64,000 nt of DNA from Dimorphilus gyrociliatus (lineage: Eukaryota; Animalia; Annelida). Made by a program: the position numbers and the translations under genes. This document shows positions 13,114-24,329 of this stretch, piece by piece. The notes beneath the pieces were generated by a model. The model saw only the letters and a program-made list of their open reading frames with translations, was not told the DNA's origin and made no database searches. Location of the stretch: the NCBI GenBank assembly GCA_904063045.1, contig CAJFCJ010000007.1:3231404-3295403 (forward strand), given 5' to 3'. Within the stretch, counting starts at the first letter, position 1. Each line of letters opens with the position of its first letter.

Positions 13114-16100
13114 TTAACGTTGAGGTGGTTGAATGTGGACACCCAAGCGTTCTCTTTGCAGCAATTGTTCCCTTACCAAAGCATCGTGATGTAATAAGTG
13201 CTGTTGGGCAATTAATTGCTCATTACCAGCTTGCCGTGCTAAAAGTTCTCTTTGTATCAAGGCGTCCCTCTCCATTAATGCGGAATGTGAGCCGAAAGGA
13301 AAGCCGTTTGCTAACGATGTTGGCGGTTGAAAATGTGAAAGGGAATTTTGAATTTGTTGGGCACTAAGTAATGATGAGGATTGAGACGAAGCATCTGGTG
13401 GTTGAATGTGAAAGGGGTTATGAGAATGAGAATGATTGTGTGAATGTACAGCTGATGCCATCTGTAGTCGAGCAACCGGATCTGTAGCCAAAGCCATAGC
13501 TCTTTCTGCTTGATATCTCTCGGCTATTAAACATAATCATACTTAGCAAACTAGAATAATAAATTTGAGAAAATAACACTTAATTTGTCTTCAATATACG
13601 TAACATGATAAAAGCATATGTTAATCTGATATTGAAGAGAAATTCGATTAGACACAAATTACATAACACTCACCAAGCGCTCGTTCTCGCATTTCTCGCT
13701 CCCTATGTATAATATCGCTTGCTTGAACTTGAGGGAAGACACCGGATAAATGGGGCTGAGCGTGCAATCCAGATCCGGTTAAGGTGGCTAAATGAGGCGG
13801 AAGAGGCATTCCCCTTAGGGCATATTCTCTTTGAAGTTGCATTATATGGGCGTCAGCACCAGAAATAACTGGCTTCATCTCCAACTCTCTTTTCATTTTT
13901 TCCTGCATTTCAAAATCTCGTAATTCTCGTTCCCTCATCTCTCTTTCTCTAGCATCTCTTTCTTGCTTTTCTCTCATAAATTCAACTTCCAGTCTATCTC
14001 TACCAACGCTCGGATGCTGAAATAGGCTCCTTTGATGTAAAAGTTGTTCACTGTTGCCGTAAGCCAAACTCGTTGGAACTCCTTGTGAGAGACCTAAGGC
14101 GCATGCTCTATCACTGTATGCTCTAAGCTGAGACAACGCTGGTGTATTATCAGAACCTAAGTATCTGTGGCCTCTATCATAAGCCCCAGGAACAGGTTGA
14201 TTTATATGGGATGATATTTGTGCTTCGGAACCCTTGGAATTTTCAATCTTGGGCTTTTCATCTTTAACAGAGGGAGCATTTGATGTTTTTCCTAAAGACA
14301 TTCTTTTTTCTCCATTGGAAGATTTTTTTAGTGCCCAGTTTGAGCCTGGCTTCATTCGGAAGCCAAAATCTGTCCTTGAACACGAATTAACACCTCTATC
14401 TAAACATTTGACAAAAATAGCGTTAGTCGTTTCTTTAATGACAATTGAAACTGGTTCTGCCTCTTTTTCGTCTTCTAAATCGGATGAAGGAATCGAATTT
14501 TCTTGCTCTTCATCCGATTCCATTTCCTGCTTTACAGGTAAGCGTCTCAGGGGAGGTGGAGGACCCAAAGGCGACTTATTGTTCAATCCCGCATGAAGCG
14601 AAAGAGGAGGCATCATGGCATCTGCAGGATCTTTAAGCTCTTCTTTTACTTGTTTAATTAAAGGTATTGGCTGTTGTTGCTGCTGCTGTTGTTGTTGTTG
14701 CACTGGGGGGACGGCCATGACAGGTCGTTGTTTGGATTCTCCATTTGTTCCGTTAATTTCTTCCGTTTTTTCTGTTTGGATGAACAATGGCTCGGGGCGA
14801 TGAGGCAAAGGCGTCAATAATTGTGGCTTAGTGGGCGGAATGGCTGCTAGCTGAGGAGGTGGGGATAAGTGACCTTCTTCTTCCGTATGTGCTTCTGAAC
14901 CAGAGCTGCTTGAACTAGAACTACTTGAACTCGAACCGGAGCTCGAGGCAGATGAAGACGAAGTTAATTGTGGAGGTTTTATCGGTGGTGTTGTACAAAC
15001 TGATGACTCTAGTTCCATTGGTTTTGGAATAGGAGTAGAACACGTAGAAGAACAGTCTGATTCATTTTCATTCTCTTCGTTGTTCGTCTCTTCAGCATCT
15101 GCATCTCCTCCTTCACTTTCGTCTTCTCTCTCCGTTTCATTTGATTGATTATCAGGAGTAGGATTCTTATCCATTTGACTCAAATAGCTTGGTTCTTTTA
15201 TTCTACCTGTAGGTCTATCAGCTCCAACTTTTTTCCAAAAATCATAGCACAAACGACAAAGTTGACCTTTAGCACCTTTCTGCCAATCTAAATTTGCTCC
15301 AGCCACGAAACAATTTGCACAATGAGGAATCGCACTATCGCTATCTTCAGTGTTACTTTCGGCTGAACTACTACCTTCAGGGTTTAAGATAGGATCCGGT
15401 ATTTTGGGGGGTTTTTGATTTTTCTTTTGACCAGCTCGTCTCCTTGTCAGTCGAATATTGCTAGCAGCTTGAGTTTTCTTCCAAATGTAATAATATTCCA
15501 CCAACTCGCAAACTTCCTTATGTGATAACAGCTCCTTTCGGATTTTGAAAAAATTCTTTCCATATTGTCTTAAGCCTTTTGTGAATCGCCTCTGTAAAAT
15601 TTATCGGAAAAAAGCGCATTAATAAGAAGATTAATCCAGATTTATTCCTAGTTTAACAGACGGCCCTAATCTTTTTCAATTCAGGCACTAAATCGACCAT
15701 TGAAGGGTTTACGACACCAATAAAAAAAAAGAAGATAGCTTCCCAAGATAAGTACACCCGTACTAAATTGCCTATTCATTTGCTCAATGACTTGGGTACT
15801 GAATTGATTTAAAAGGGTATACAGGCCTAGACAATAAAGGTCAGCTAGAAAATTTTAGGTGAACTGGGCACATAGGCTTAAAAAGCAAGTTAACCAAGAA
15901 AATAAAACAACAATATATCCTGGCCGGGGTATATAAAGTGATTGACGTAGCGCATGCGCATTGGCTGATCAAAGACATCCATTTCCTTCAGTTAGCGCAC
16001 GTACGATATCTCAGTTACAAAAATGGCAAGAAGGAAGGGGCGTAAATAAGGAATGAGCTTCTAGTTTAATTTCCCGCTAATTAGAACTAAAGCGTCTTTT

Positions 16101-17481
16101 TTTTTCCTAGAGACAAAATAGAGATCAATGTAGCGTTACACAATCAAAAGAGCCATTATCTCAAGGGTCTTATTATTTTCCCTTTCTAATTTTACAATGC
16201 AATCTGTTCATTTTGGTCTAGTAATTGTTTATACTAGTCGATAATTATATACATATGATTATTTACTCACGGTTTCCTCCTCGTTCCACTTTTGTTCTAT
16301 ATTGACCGGAACTGGGCACTTGACCAGAACTTGAAGAGCCTCACCTTTATCGTAATCGCAGTCATGCAACTAGTAATTTTACACAATAGAAGGAGGTTTC
16401 GTTATCAAAAAGCTCAAGATAAATGAATAAATAGATATTTACAATATCAACTGCGTTCGCTGTTGTACAATCTTTTGAAGCAGCTAAGCTACCATCGTCC
16501 CCTGAGTCTGGATCGCACATACCAACGAAAAAAGCCATTGATCTGGCTGCTCTCAGGTACATGATTAAATCCTGATCCGAAATAGACGATGGCACCCATC
16601 TTAGATTTTCTCTTAGTTTATTATCGTCCTCATAAGATTCTGAATTACATTCTGGAAGTTTTGCTTGGTGAGCCGGTCCTATTTTTTTTATGTAAATAAA
16701 ACATAAGTACATATATACAAGCATAAAAACAAAATACATCCGTTTTTTTTTTGTTTCATCAATAAATATAAACGGTAATAAAAAAAATGGGTGGGGAGGG
16801 GGTAGCGCAAAGGAGCGGAAAATAAGGGAAAGGGGCGGACATGAATCACGTAACCGTGGAGCTTTGGGAGAAAAAAGAGACTTTTTATGCAAATGACGAG
16901 GAGTTTTTAGTGGAATTGCAGGTGCGGGGAATTTTTTTCACAGGCTTTTAAGAAAAGTTTCACTGACCCGAGAAACGAATTGGTTATAAAATAATAAAAC
17001 GATTAATGCGCAAAGCAAGAAATTAGTGGGCTATGCGGGTACAAGTTAACGAAGAGAATAGGGCAAGAAATTGGGTCAAACCTTGGGGGCAGGTTTAAGA
17101 GCGTATTTTCACTCTCTGTCCGGGGATTTGAGAGAAACAAATGGGCTATTTCTAAAAGGGTAAAGGTTTAAGAGGTGGAGAGGGGAAGAAGGATAAGAGG
17201 TAGGGGTCGAATTTTTTCGCCGTAATGCTCCAGGGGGTCATGCAATCGACCGTCGAAACTCGGTGGTTAAATTATAATTTAATTACTTGCCCACCACTCA
17301 AAAAAGAATAATGGAGGCTAGGTACTAAGGAGCATTCTTGAAATTAGTGCGGCGGGAATAAGGGTAAATCCCTATTATTGTAAACATAAAAGGAAATGGG
17401 ATATTTACCTATACGAATTTCACCCTGCGTGGAAGCCACGGTGCCGGATTTTTTGATGCCCCTAAAAACGTTCTTTACTTT
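13114..17481 (-). CDS. RERE: Atrophin/RERE (ELM2, SANT, GATA-like zinc finger, atrophin region); no BAH domain found; start codon unresolved
   Basis: Minus-strand exons 17481-17409 (..ASTQGEIRIG), 16678-16443 (PAHQAKLP..LIMYLRAARSMA, ELM2), 16369-16271 (LHDCDYDKGEALQVLVKCP..KWNEEET), 15591-13674 (RRFTKGLRQYGKNFFKIRKELL..VEYYYIWKKT, SANT; CANC..CRLC finger; Arg-Glu repeats) and 13523-13114. All phases are compatible. Confidence 0.9.
15930..15964 (-). promoter_or_regulatory. Intronic promoter-like motif cluster in RERE (CCAAT, NRF1-type palindrome, CRE half/core, TATA-like)
   Basis: The plus strand reads tatataaagtgattgacgtagcgcatgcgcattgg. GCGCATGCGC is at 15950-15959, TGACGT at 15943-15948 and ATTGG at 15960-15964. 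Confidence 0.45.
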
Positions 17482-18811
17482 CTGGAATAGAACAAAAGAA
17501 TGAAGAATATAGTAAATCTTTATAATATGTATTCAACGATAAATATTGTACCGTTTAAGCATTTACTAAATATGATTTATCTTCCTCTTGAGTATTTTAA
17601 ATAAAGTAGTTAAAGGACTTAAGAAAATAAAGTATGCATTTAATCAGATAAAATGCCGTTATCAATAAAATGCTAGCCAGCGTGTTATGATTGAACCACG
17701 ATTTGTTATTTAGATAAGTACAACACTTGATGCCTTTCTCTTTTAAGTTCTAAAAACTTTCTAAACATTACAATATCATTGAATAAAATATCAGTTACTA
17801 CCTTTTTACACTAGTTAAAATATTCAAAAGCCTTAAATTTTTGAATTGGTAATTAATCAATAAAAAAGTTTGAATAGGGAATTTCAAATCTATTTCAGTA
17901 GAATGTTTGTATTTAACGTTAAATCAGCCTTTATTCGATGACCGATACGCTTTTAAAAACCTTTGGGATGTAACTAATGCATTTTGTAACTTTAAATAGA
18001 AACATCAAAGAAAGATGTTTAGCCGGTAGGAAAAAATTCAATCTCTAAGACGATCGATTATAGTTGTAAATATAAAATTTGCAATAACCAATTAGATTAA
18101 AACTAAGGTATCATTTTTTGAAATTCTTAACTATTAAATATGCATAATACACATAAAAATAGAGAATTACCTAGCCGAGAGTTCCATAATAGATATGCAT
18201 CACCTTCGCCATGTCGCTTTATATTTTCCACTACATGTCTACTGAATGGTGATTGGTCAAATCGAAATCGCAAGCTTATCGAATCGATCGTTTTACCCCT
18301 AAATCGAAATCGACAACGTGATGTTCAAGTGAACAAAAGAGACGCCCTAATCTTGTAATGTCTTTATGTCCTTATGCATTCCCTTTGAGAATAATTTCCG
18401 ATTTTATTTTGTTCTAATGTAATTATGGAAGTATTTATAAAAGCGATTAGTTTTTCTCTATTAATTTTTTAATACGTAATGTCAATTAAAAGCTTAATAC
18501 CGATAAATAGTGATTTTACTCATCAAGGAATAAGTCTTTTCGCATTAACCTGTATTTCCTGTCTACGGGTATTGCTGACAATTGATGTATTCATTATGAT
18601 CTTTGTACTGAAACCCTTGCGATGCTTTTATTTATTGTAAAAGATACAACAATCTTCCTCATTCTTTACGATTGTTTAAGTAGAACAAAAACAATCGTAC
18701 TTGTCTTAGCTTTGAAAGACATTTTAAACAAAGATTATCAGTCTATACTGAGATCCTAGAAAAAAATACTTTAGAAATAGACATTGTAAAGTTGAGATAG
18801 AGATAGAGGGA

Positions 18812-18940
18812 AGGCGAGAGAGAGAGAGAGAGAGAGAAAGAAAGAGAAAGAGAGACTAAGAGGAATGATAGAGAGACAAAAGAGAGGACGAAAAAGAACG
18901 AGAGAGCGAAAGAGAGAGAAAGAAAGAGAGAGAAAGAGAC
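18812..18940. repeat. Compound (GA)/(GAAA) polypurine microsatellite upstream of RERE coding exons
   Basis: Direct reading. Confidence 0.9.
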
Positions 18941-19980
18941 GTATAGCATCAAAGTGACTAGATTAGAATTACCCTAACTCGTGTAGTTCGAGAATTTAAT
19001 TACTTCTCGACTATAACCGTAATTATAAATAAAACCACAAGTATGAAACTGACTGAATTTAGTTGAGAAGATTCTATAAATAAGGTAATTAATTTCATCC
19101 AATTTATCTTCTTCTTTCGAGCAATTTCGAATAAAATTGCATTTCGTTGGAGTAATAGCAAATTGTTAGATAAATTTGGTATTACGGACTTTCGTTTTGT
19201 CCTTTCCCCCTGCCTCTTGCTCCTTCCCTTCTACCCCCGCTCTCTCTCCCACTATCCTTCATTCTTTAGCGTAACCTTACCCTACTCTAACTGTGTCTTT
19301 CTTTTCATTTGACCCTCCACCCCTGCTTTCCGTACGTCCCCTCCCCTGCCCCCCCCCTTTCTTGCTTCTTGCCTTAACCCTTCTCTGACAAAGAAGAGTC
19401 TACGAACTAACAAGCGAACCGGGAACGTATTTTAGAGCGATTCATTATAATAATTTGCGTCTCTTTTTATTAATTGGTTAATTAATCTTCTGTAAATATC
19501 CTTTAATATTTGTAATATGATATTCACTTTGTACGGTCTCTTTTATACCGATAGATCTAAAGAAGGGCAGCGGAGGATATATGAATATATATATATATAA
19601 GATATTCTCTTATATTTAGTCTACAATCAATAGATCAGCCTATAATTATCTTTTGATTTGTATATTGAATTCCTTATTATTTTTATAGTAGTAGCTACAG
19701 CAATGGAGCGAAAGACTATTTAAGATTATAAATATGCAAACAACTCAAAGTAAATATATGATAAACGTTATTAGAAGATTATTAGAAATTATCAGCAAGT
19801 CAGTTATCAGATAGGAAGAGGTTGAATAAAGGATTTCTCTAAAAGAAGTCCGTAAAATGATTCCATTTCATTTTTTGGCTTCTCTTCGCTCTGAATAGTT
19901 AATTAAAAGGGGGAAGCCAACCGCAGATCGACTCTGAGAATGCTAAACTAAACGCTCTATCTATATTCCACAGCTGGATC

Positions 19981-22900
19981 TTAATTATCTATAGTTAAAC
20001 TATGTACATCGTATAATAATAAAAAAATTATATATATATTTATATATTTATATAAATAGATATAGAAGGAAACGCTTACCGCAATCTCTTTCATCAGAAG
20101 CGTCTAAACAGTCATCTAAGCCGTTACATTTTAATCTTATGGGAATTATTCTACCGTTTTCACAAACAAACTCTAAATTTATAGATTACAAGTATATTAA
20201 TTGACATATATTATTACGAATATAAAAAATGGTTTACTTGTGAAAGAATATACGAATGTTAGTACATCCGGTGATAATTTTGTAAAAATACTAGGCCTAC
20301 CATAGGTATTACATCGATTAATTGCGGCACTTAGAATACCAACTAAATAGTAGGAGCCAGTCATTCCATTCTTACAAAAAAGGGGACCACCTAAGAAATT
20401 ATTTAACAGGAATTGAACGATAACGGTTTTTTTTGGGTTGAGAAACATTATTATACAGTATTTTTGAAGCTAGTCGAGTACAGACCGCTATCTCCGTGAC
20501 AAGGCGTTACTAAAGCAGATTCGTAGCCCGCGCATAGAGATGAATTATTCTTCTCTAGCCACGGATAGGCTTCTAAGCATTTCCTGTTATTCCAAATCAT
20601 TAATCTAATAGTTCTTAACTTTTCGGAATATTCCTCTAAATTAGATAATCTCCACCCAACCATTTCACAGGCTATTCCCTCAATTGATCCTAATTTCCTT
20701 AAGCAAAGTACTGAATTTATTCCAGCTGGCTCGATAGTTTCTAAAATAGCAATATCATAACCCTGGGCGAATGATGAGTAATTTGGGTGTATTATTACTC
20801 TTTTAATCTTTATATTTTCAATCGTATTGCTATCCTTTCTATTGACAACTAAAATCATATGCCTAATTCTATTCGGACTATGAAATAACTTAATTTACTC
20901 TTCTTCCCGTTCATTTATAAATAAAAATAAACCTTTTATCCATATAAACTTACATAATGCAATGAGCGGCTGTAACGGCGAAATATTGATCAATAAATGT
21001 TGCTGTACAAGAATCCGGCCCACTTTCTTCTAGTAAATGAGGGGCGTCAAAGCTTATCGGTACTGTCCAAGGCCAGTTTATGTCTCTTATTTGACCTTTC
21101 GAAACGATATTCTCGCCACTCTCACCGCACTCTATATTTATATAATAAATATTTGTTTGTTAATATAATAGGTTATTCTTAAATGTATACGTCATATTTA
21201 AGAAAAATAACAATAAATAACAACAATAAAAGAATAAACAAAGAGTACCAGATGGACCGCACTCAAGAATTAATACTTTCTTATCAGGACAATAGGTATC
21301 TACGTTAAAGTATAGGGATTTATTCTCAAAAGTACCGCTGATAGTGACGTAAACATGAGATGAATAAACAATCCAATCAATGTTTTTCATATACCTTTTT
21401 TTTTTTAAAAAAAAAAACAATATCAAGAAAAAAAAAATACTGCAATAACTCAAGGTAAATAATTATAATGTATTTTTTATATCTAGTGTTGTTTCTTACC
21501 CGTTTTTAACCTTCATACATAATTGATCGGCTAATAAAGATGAAATATTCAAATGGCATAACGGTATCCAATCAAATGGATAAGCCTTTATCATAAATAT
21601 ATCTTCATCCGTCGATATTTTAACTATAATGTTGATATTTTATTTATATATGAAAAAAAATTAAGCAATTTGTAAAATGTATTTGCTGTATTTTAGGACA
21701 AAAGCAAAAAACGCCTCTCATCTATTCTTACAACAATTTTGTTCATCAGAACCATCTGCGCAATCGACTTTACGATCACATTCTCCGGAAATAGGAATGC
21801 ATTGTGTATTTTTACACTGAAATTCCCCTCTGCTACATACACTACAGCTTTTTTCATCCCAACCGGATATACAATCATCAACCCCGTCGCATATCAATTC
21901 ATGTGGTATACAATCTCCATTCGGGCATTTAAATCCACCCTTGGAGCATTTTTTGTCTTAATTAAATAAATACTCTTTATTTATGAGTTATTTATATATA
22001 TATTAGAATATTGATCATTTTTTTACCGCAATTTTTCTCGTCGTCTCCATCGTGACAGTCTCTGTGCTCGTCACAAACTCTATAACGATCTATACATATT
22101 CCACTTTTGCACTTATACTCGTCTTTCGAACAGTTGCATAAGATTTCATCAAGAAAATTTCCGCAGGTGTTTATTCTGTCGCAAACATATTTATTTTCAA
22201 TACATTGACCATTACCACAGTCAAATTTATCATTGCAGCTTCCGGTATTGGGACATATTCCTCTCGAAAGAGATAAACCGTCTAGGGCCATATCAATTGC
22301 TGGCAATTTCCAGCTGTAGCCAAGAAACACAATGGTATCAGTAGCACTTAAAGATATATTCAAAATGGACAAATTCCATTTTTGACCCCTATCCGGTTTT
22401 GCTAACCAAAGATCAATTGATTTAGAATGATTACGTAATATGTATAATTTCAAGCCACTGGGAACTGTTCCACTATAATAAAGTATAATTAAAGTATTAG
22501 ATATATTATTTATAGGAATACTAAACACCTGAGAAAATAATAGAATCTAAAGCAAAAGTCTTGCGTTTCATTAATTAAAATGCTCTTTGAAGCATTTAAG
22601 TGCAGTTTGGCCGTTTTAATTTGAGGCTGATTAACGCCATTTTTACCCATTGATCCATCTAAATAATAGTAGCTATAGCCATACTTTCTAGTTGGGTAAG
22701 ATATTGGACCAGGATAATAAGTTCTATCGGATTTTTCAATCCATTTATAATGGGAATAATCGTTATTTTTATCAAACGTTATCCACCAGCTATTAGATGC
22801 ATCTACTTTACAATCTAATTATTTTTAATATGATTTAATAGCAAAACTCTAATTAATTATTTCTAAGAAAGTTAAAGATTAATACTCAAGTTAATTACAA

Positions 22901-24010
22901 CTGTCGAAGTGCTACAAAACAATTCATCAAACGCGTCCATACAATCGATATTATTATCACAAACTAATCGATTATCAATACATTTCTTACTATTTAAACA
23001 ATTAAATTGTCCTTTTTCACATTTATTAATATCTTCTTCATTATTATAATCGTTAATCGTTTGTAAATATTTTTTATTATTCGAACCAATTTCACATGAT
23101 CTAGGATCAAAATCATTTGGCATAGGCCTACATTCCATAGGCATAATACAAGCTTTAACGATTTCTTTGCAAAATATCGAGCATGGATCGAGTCTTTCCT
23201 TAGAAGTTTTGCAAGATGGAATTCCAGCTGAGCAAATATACTTTAGAGCGTCTTTATGACAATTAGAATCCGGTTTAAGTAGCTTGTACATTTTCTTAAC
23301 TTTCTGTTTTAATTAGGTAATAAATTAAGATAATTGTATATATAAAGATATCTGTGTATTTGTCTGTTTGAACAAAGAGAGAGAGAGAAAGAGAAAGAAA
23401 GAAAGAGAATATAATGTTTATTATTTCGCTTTCCTTATGAATGTCGTTAAAATTATCATCACCCATAATATTTGGAATAATAGTCTTTTTATAGTATTTT
23501 CTACATAAACTGAATAATGGGAATTTCTTGGAAAATGGTATCCTAGTACACTTTGCTAGAAAATTGCAGATTGTTATTTAAATAGCAATTATCTTTTAAG
23601 CTATTAAAACTATATTAAAGTTTTAATGGAAATATATTTTAATACTTTTCCCAAGAACTTGTAATCTAGAAATGTTTATATTAGAAGAAGGAGCAACTGA
23701 AACGATCACTTTAGAAAATCTTGATAAGGTTCGATTGTTAATCCCATAGCTTATACGATTTTCTTTATAATCATCATACCATTCAGATTTATTAATATAA
23801 TCCTTATAATCTATTAAAAATATTTTTCTGTACATTCTTTAATTAATTATTTAGTTATATTAACAAACCTTTATTGAATAATCTTAAGAAGTATTCAATA
23901 TGGATCCTTTGATTAATGTAAAATGATAAACCTATTATTAATGCTATAGCTATTATAACAATACAAATACAAATGATTACAGTAGTTATCGATTTATAAC
24001 CTTTAATCAT
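19981..24010 (-). CDS. Mosaic type II transmembrane serine protease: TM anchor, Frizzled CRD, LDLa, MAM, 4x LDLa, SRCR-like, trypsin-like S1 domain, LDLa
   Basis: The start [31 protein letters not shown] is a signal anchor. The Fz domain has 10 Cys. There are six LDLa repeats (e.g. [35 protein letters not shown]) and a MAM-like segment ([30 protein letters not shown]). The catalytic triad is TAAHC, DIAIL and GDSGGPL (split by an intron). The last mini-exon (DN-stop at 19988-19981) and one donor (see findings) are tentative. Confidence 0.85.
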
Positions 24011-24329
24011 TGTTTATTAATAAATTATTTGAATGTTATTGTAGTGAGTTTAAATTTAAAATGTAAATCTTGACAAACTATAAATATAATTAATTAATTA
24101 TTTCTATTTTTAGAATATTTTTTTTCTCTTTATCAAGACTGTATATAAAGAATCTAAATTACATAGACACAACTTTAATAAACATGGATAAAAACGGAAA
24201 ATAATTACATTTATACCATTTGTAAATATTTATAGACGGTAAGTAAGCCTATTCTGATTACGTAATATTAGTAAAAGAAATAGCGTGATTTTTTGCTAGT
24301 TTTTGCCTGTGTTTACAAGATTGAAATGT

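Noticed and set aside
12993-14803. Plus-strand ORFs opposite RERE, including a poly-Cys ORF at 14615-14803
   Set aside because: These are antisense shadows of a coding exon. The poly-Cys is the reverse complement of the polyQ codons.
18743-18952. Hydrophobic Leu/Ser/Phe ORF
   Set aside because: It is the translation of a (CT)n microsatellite.
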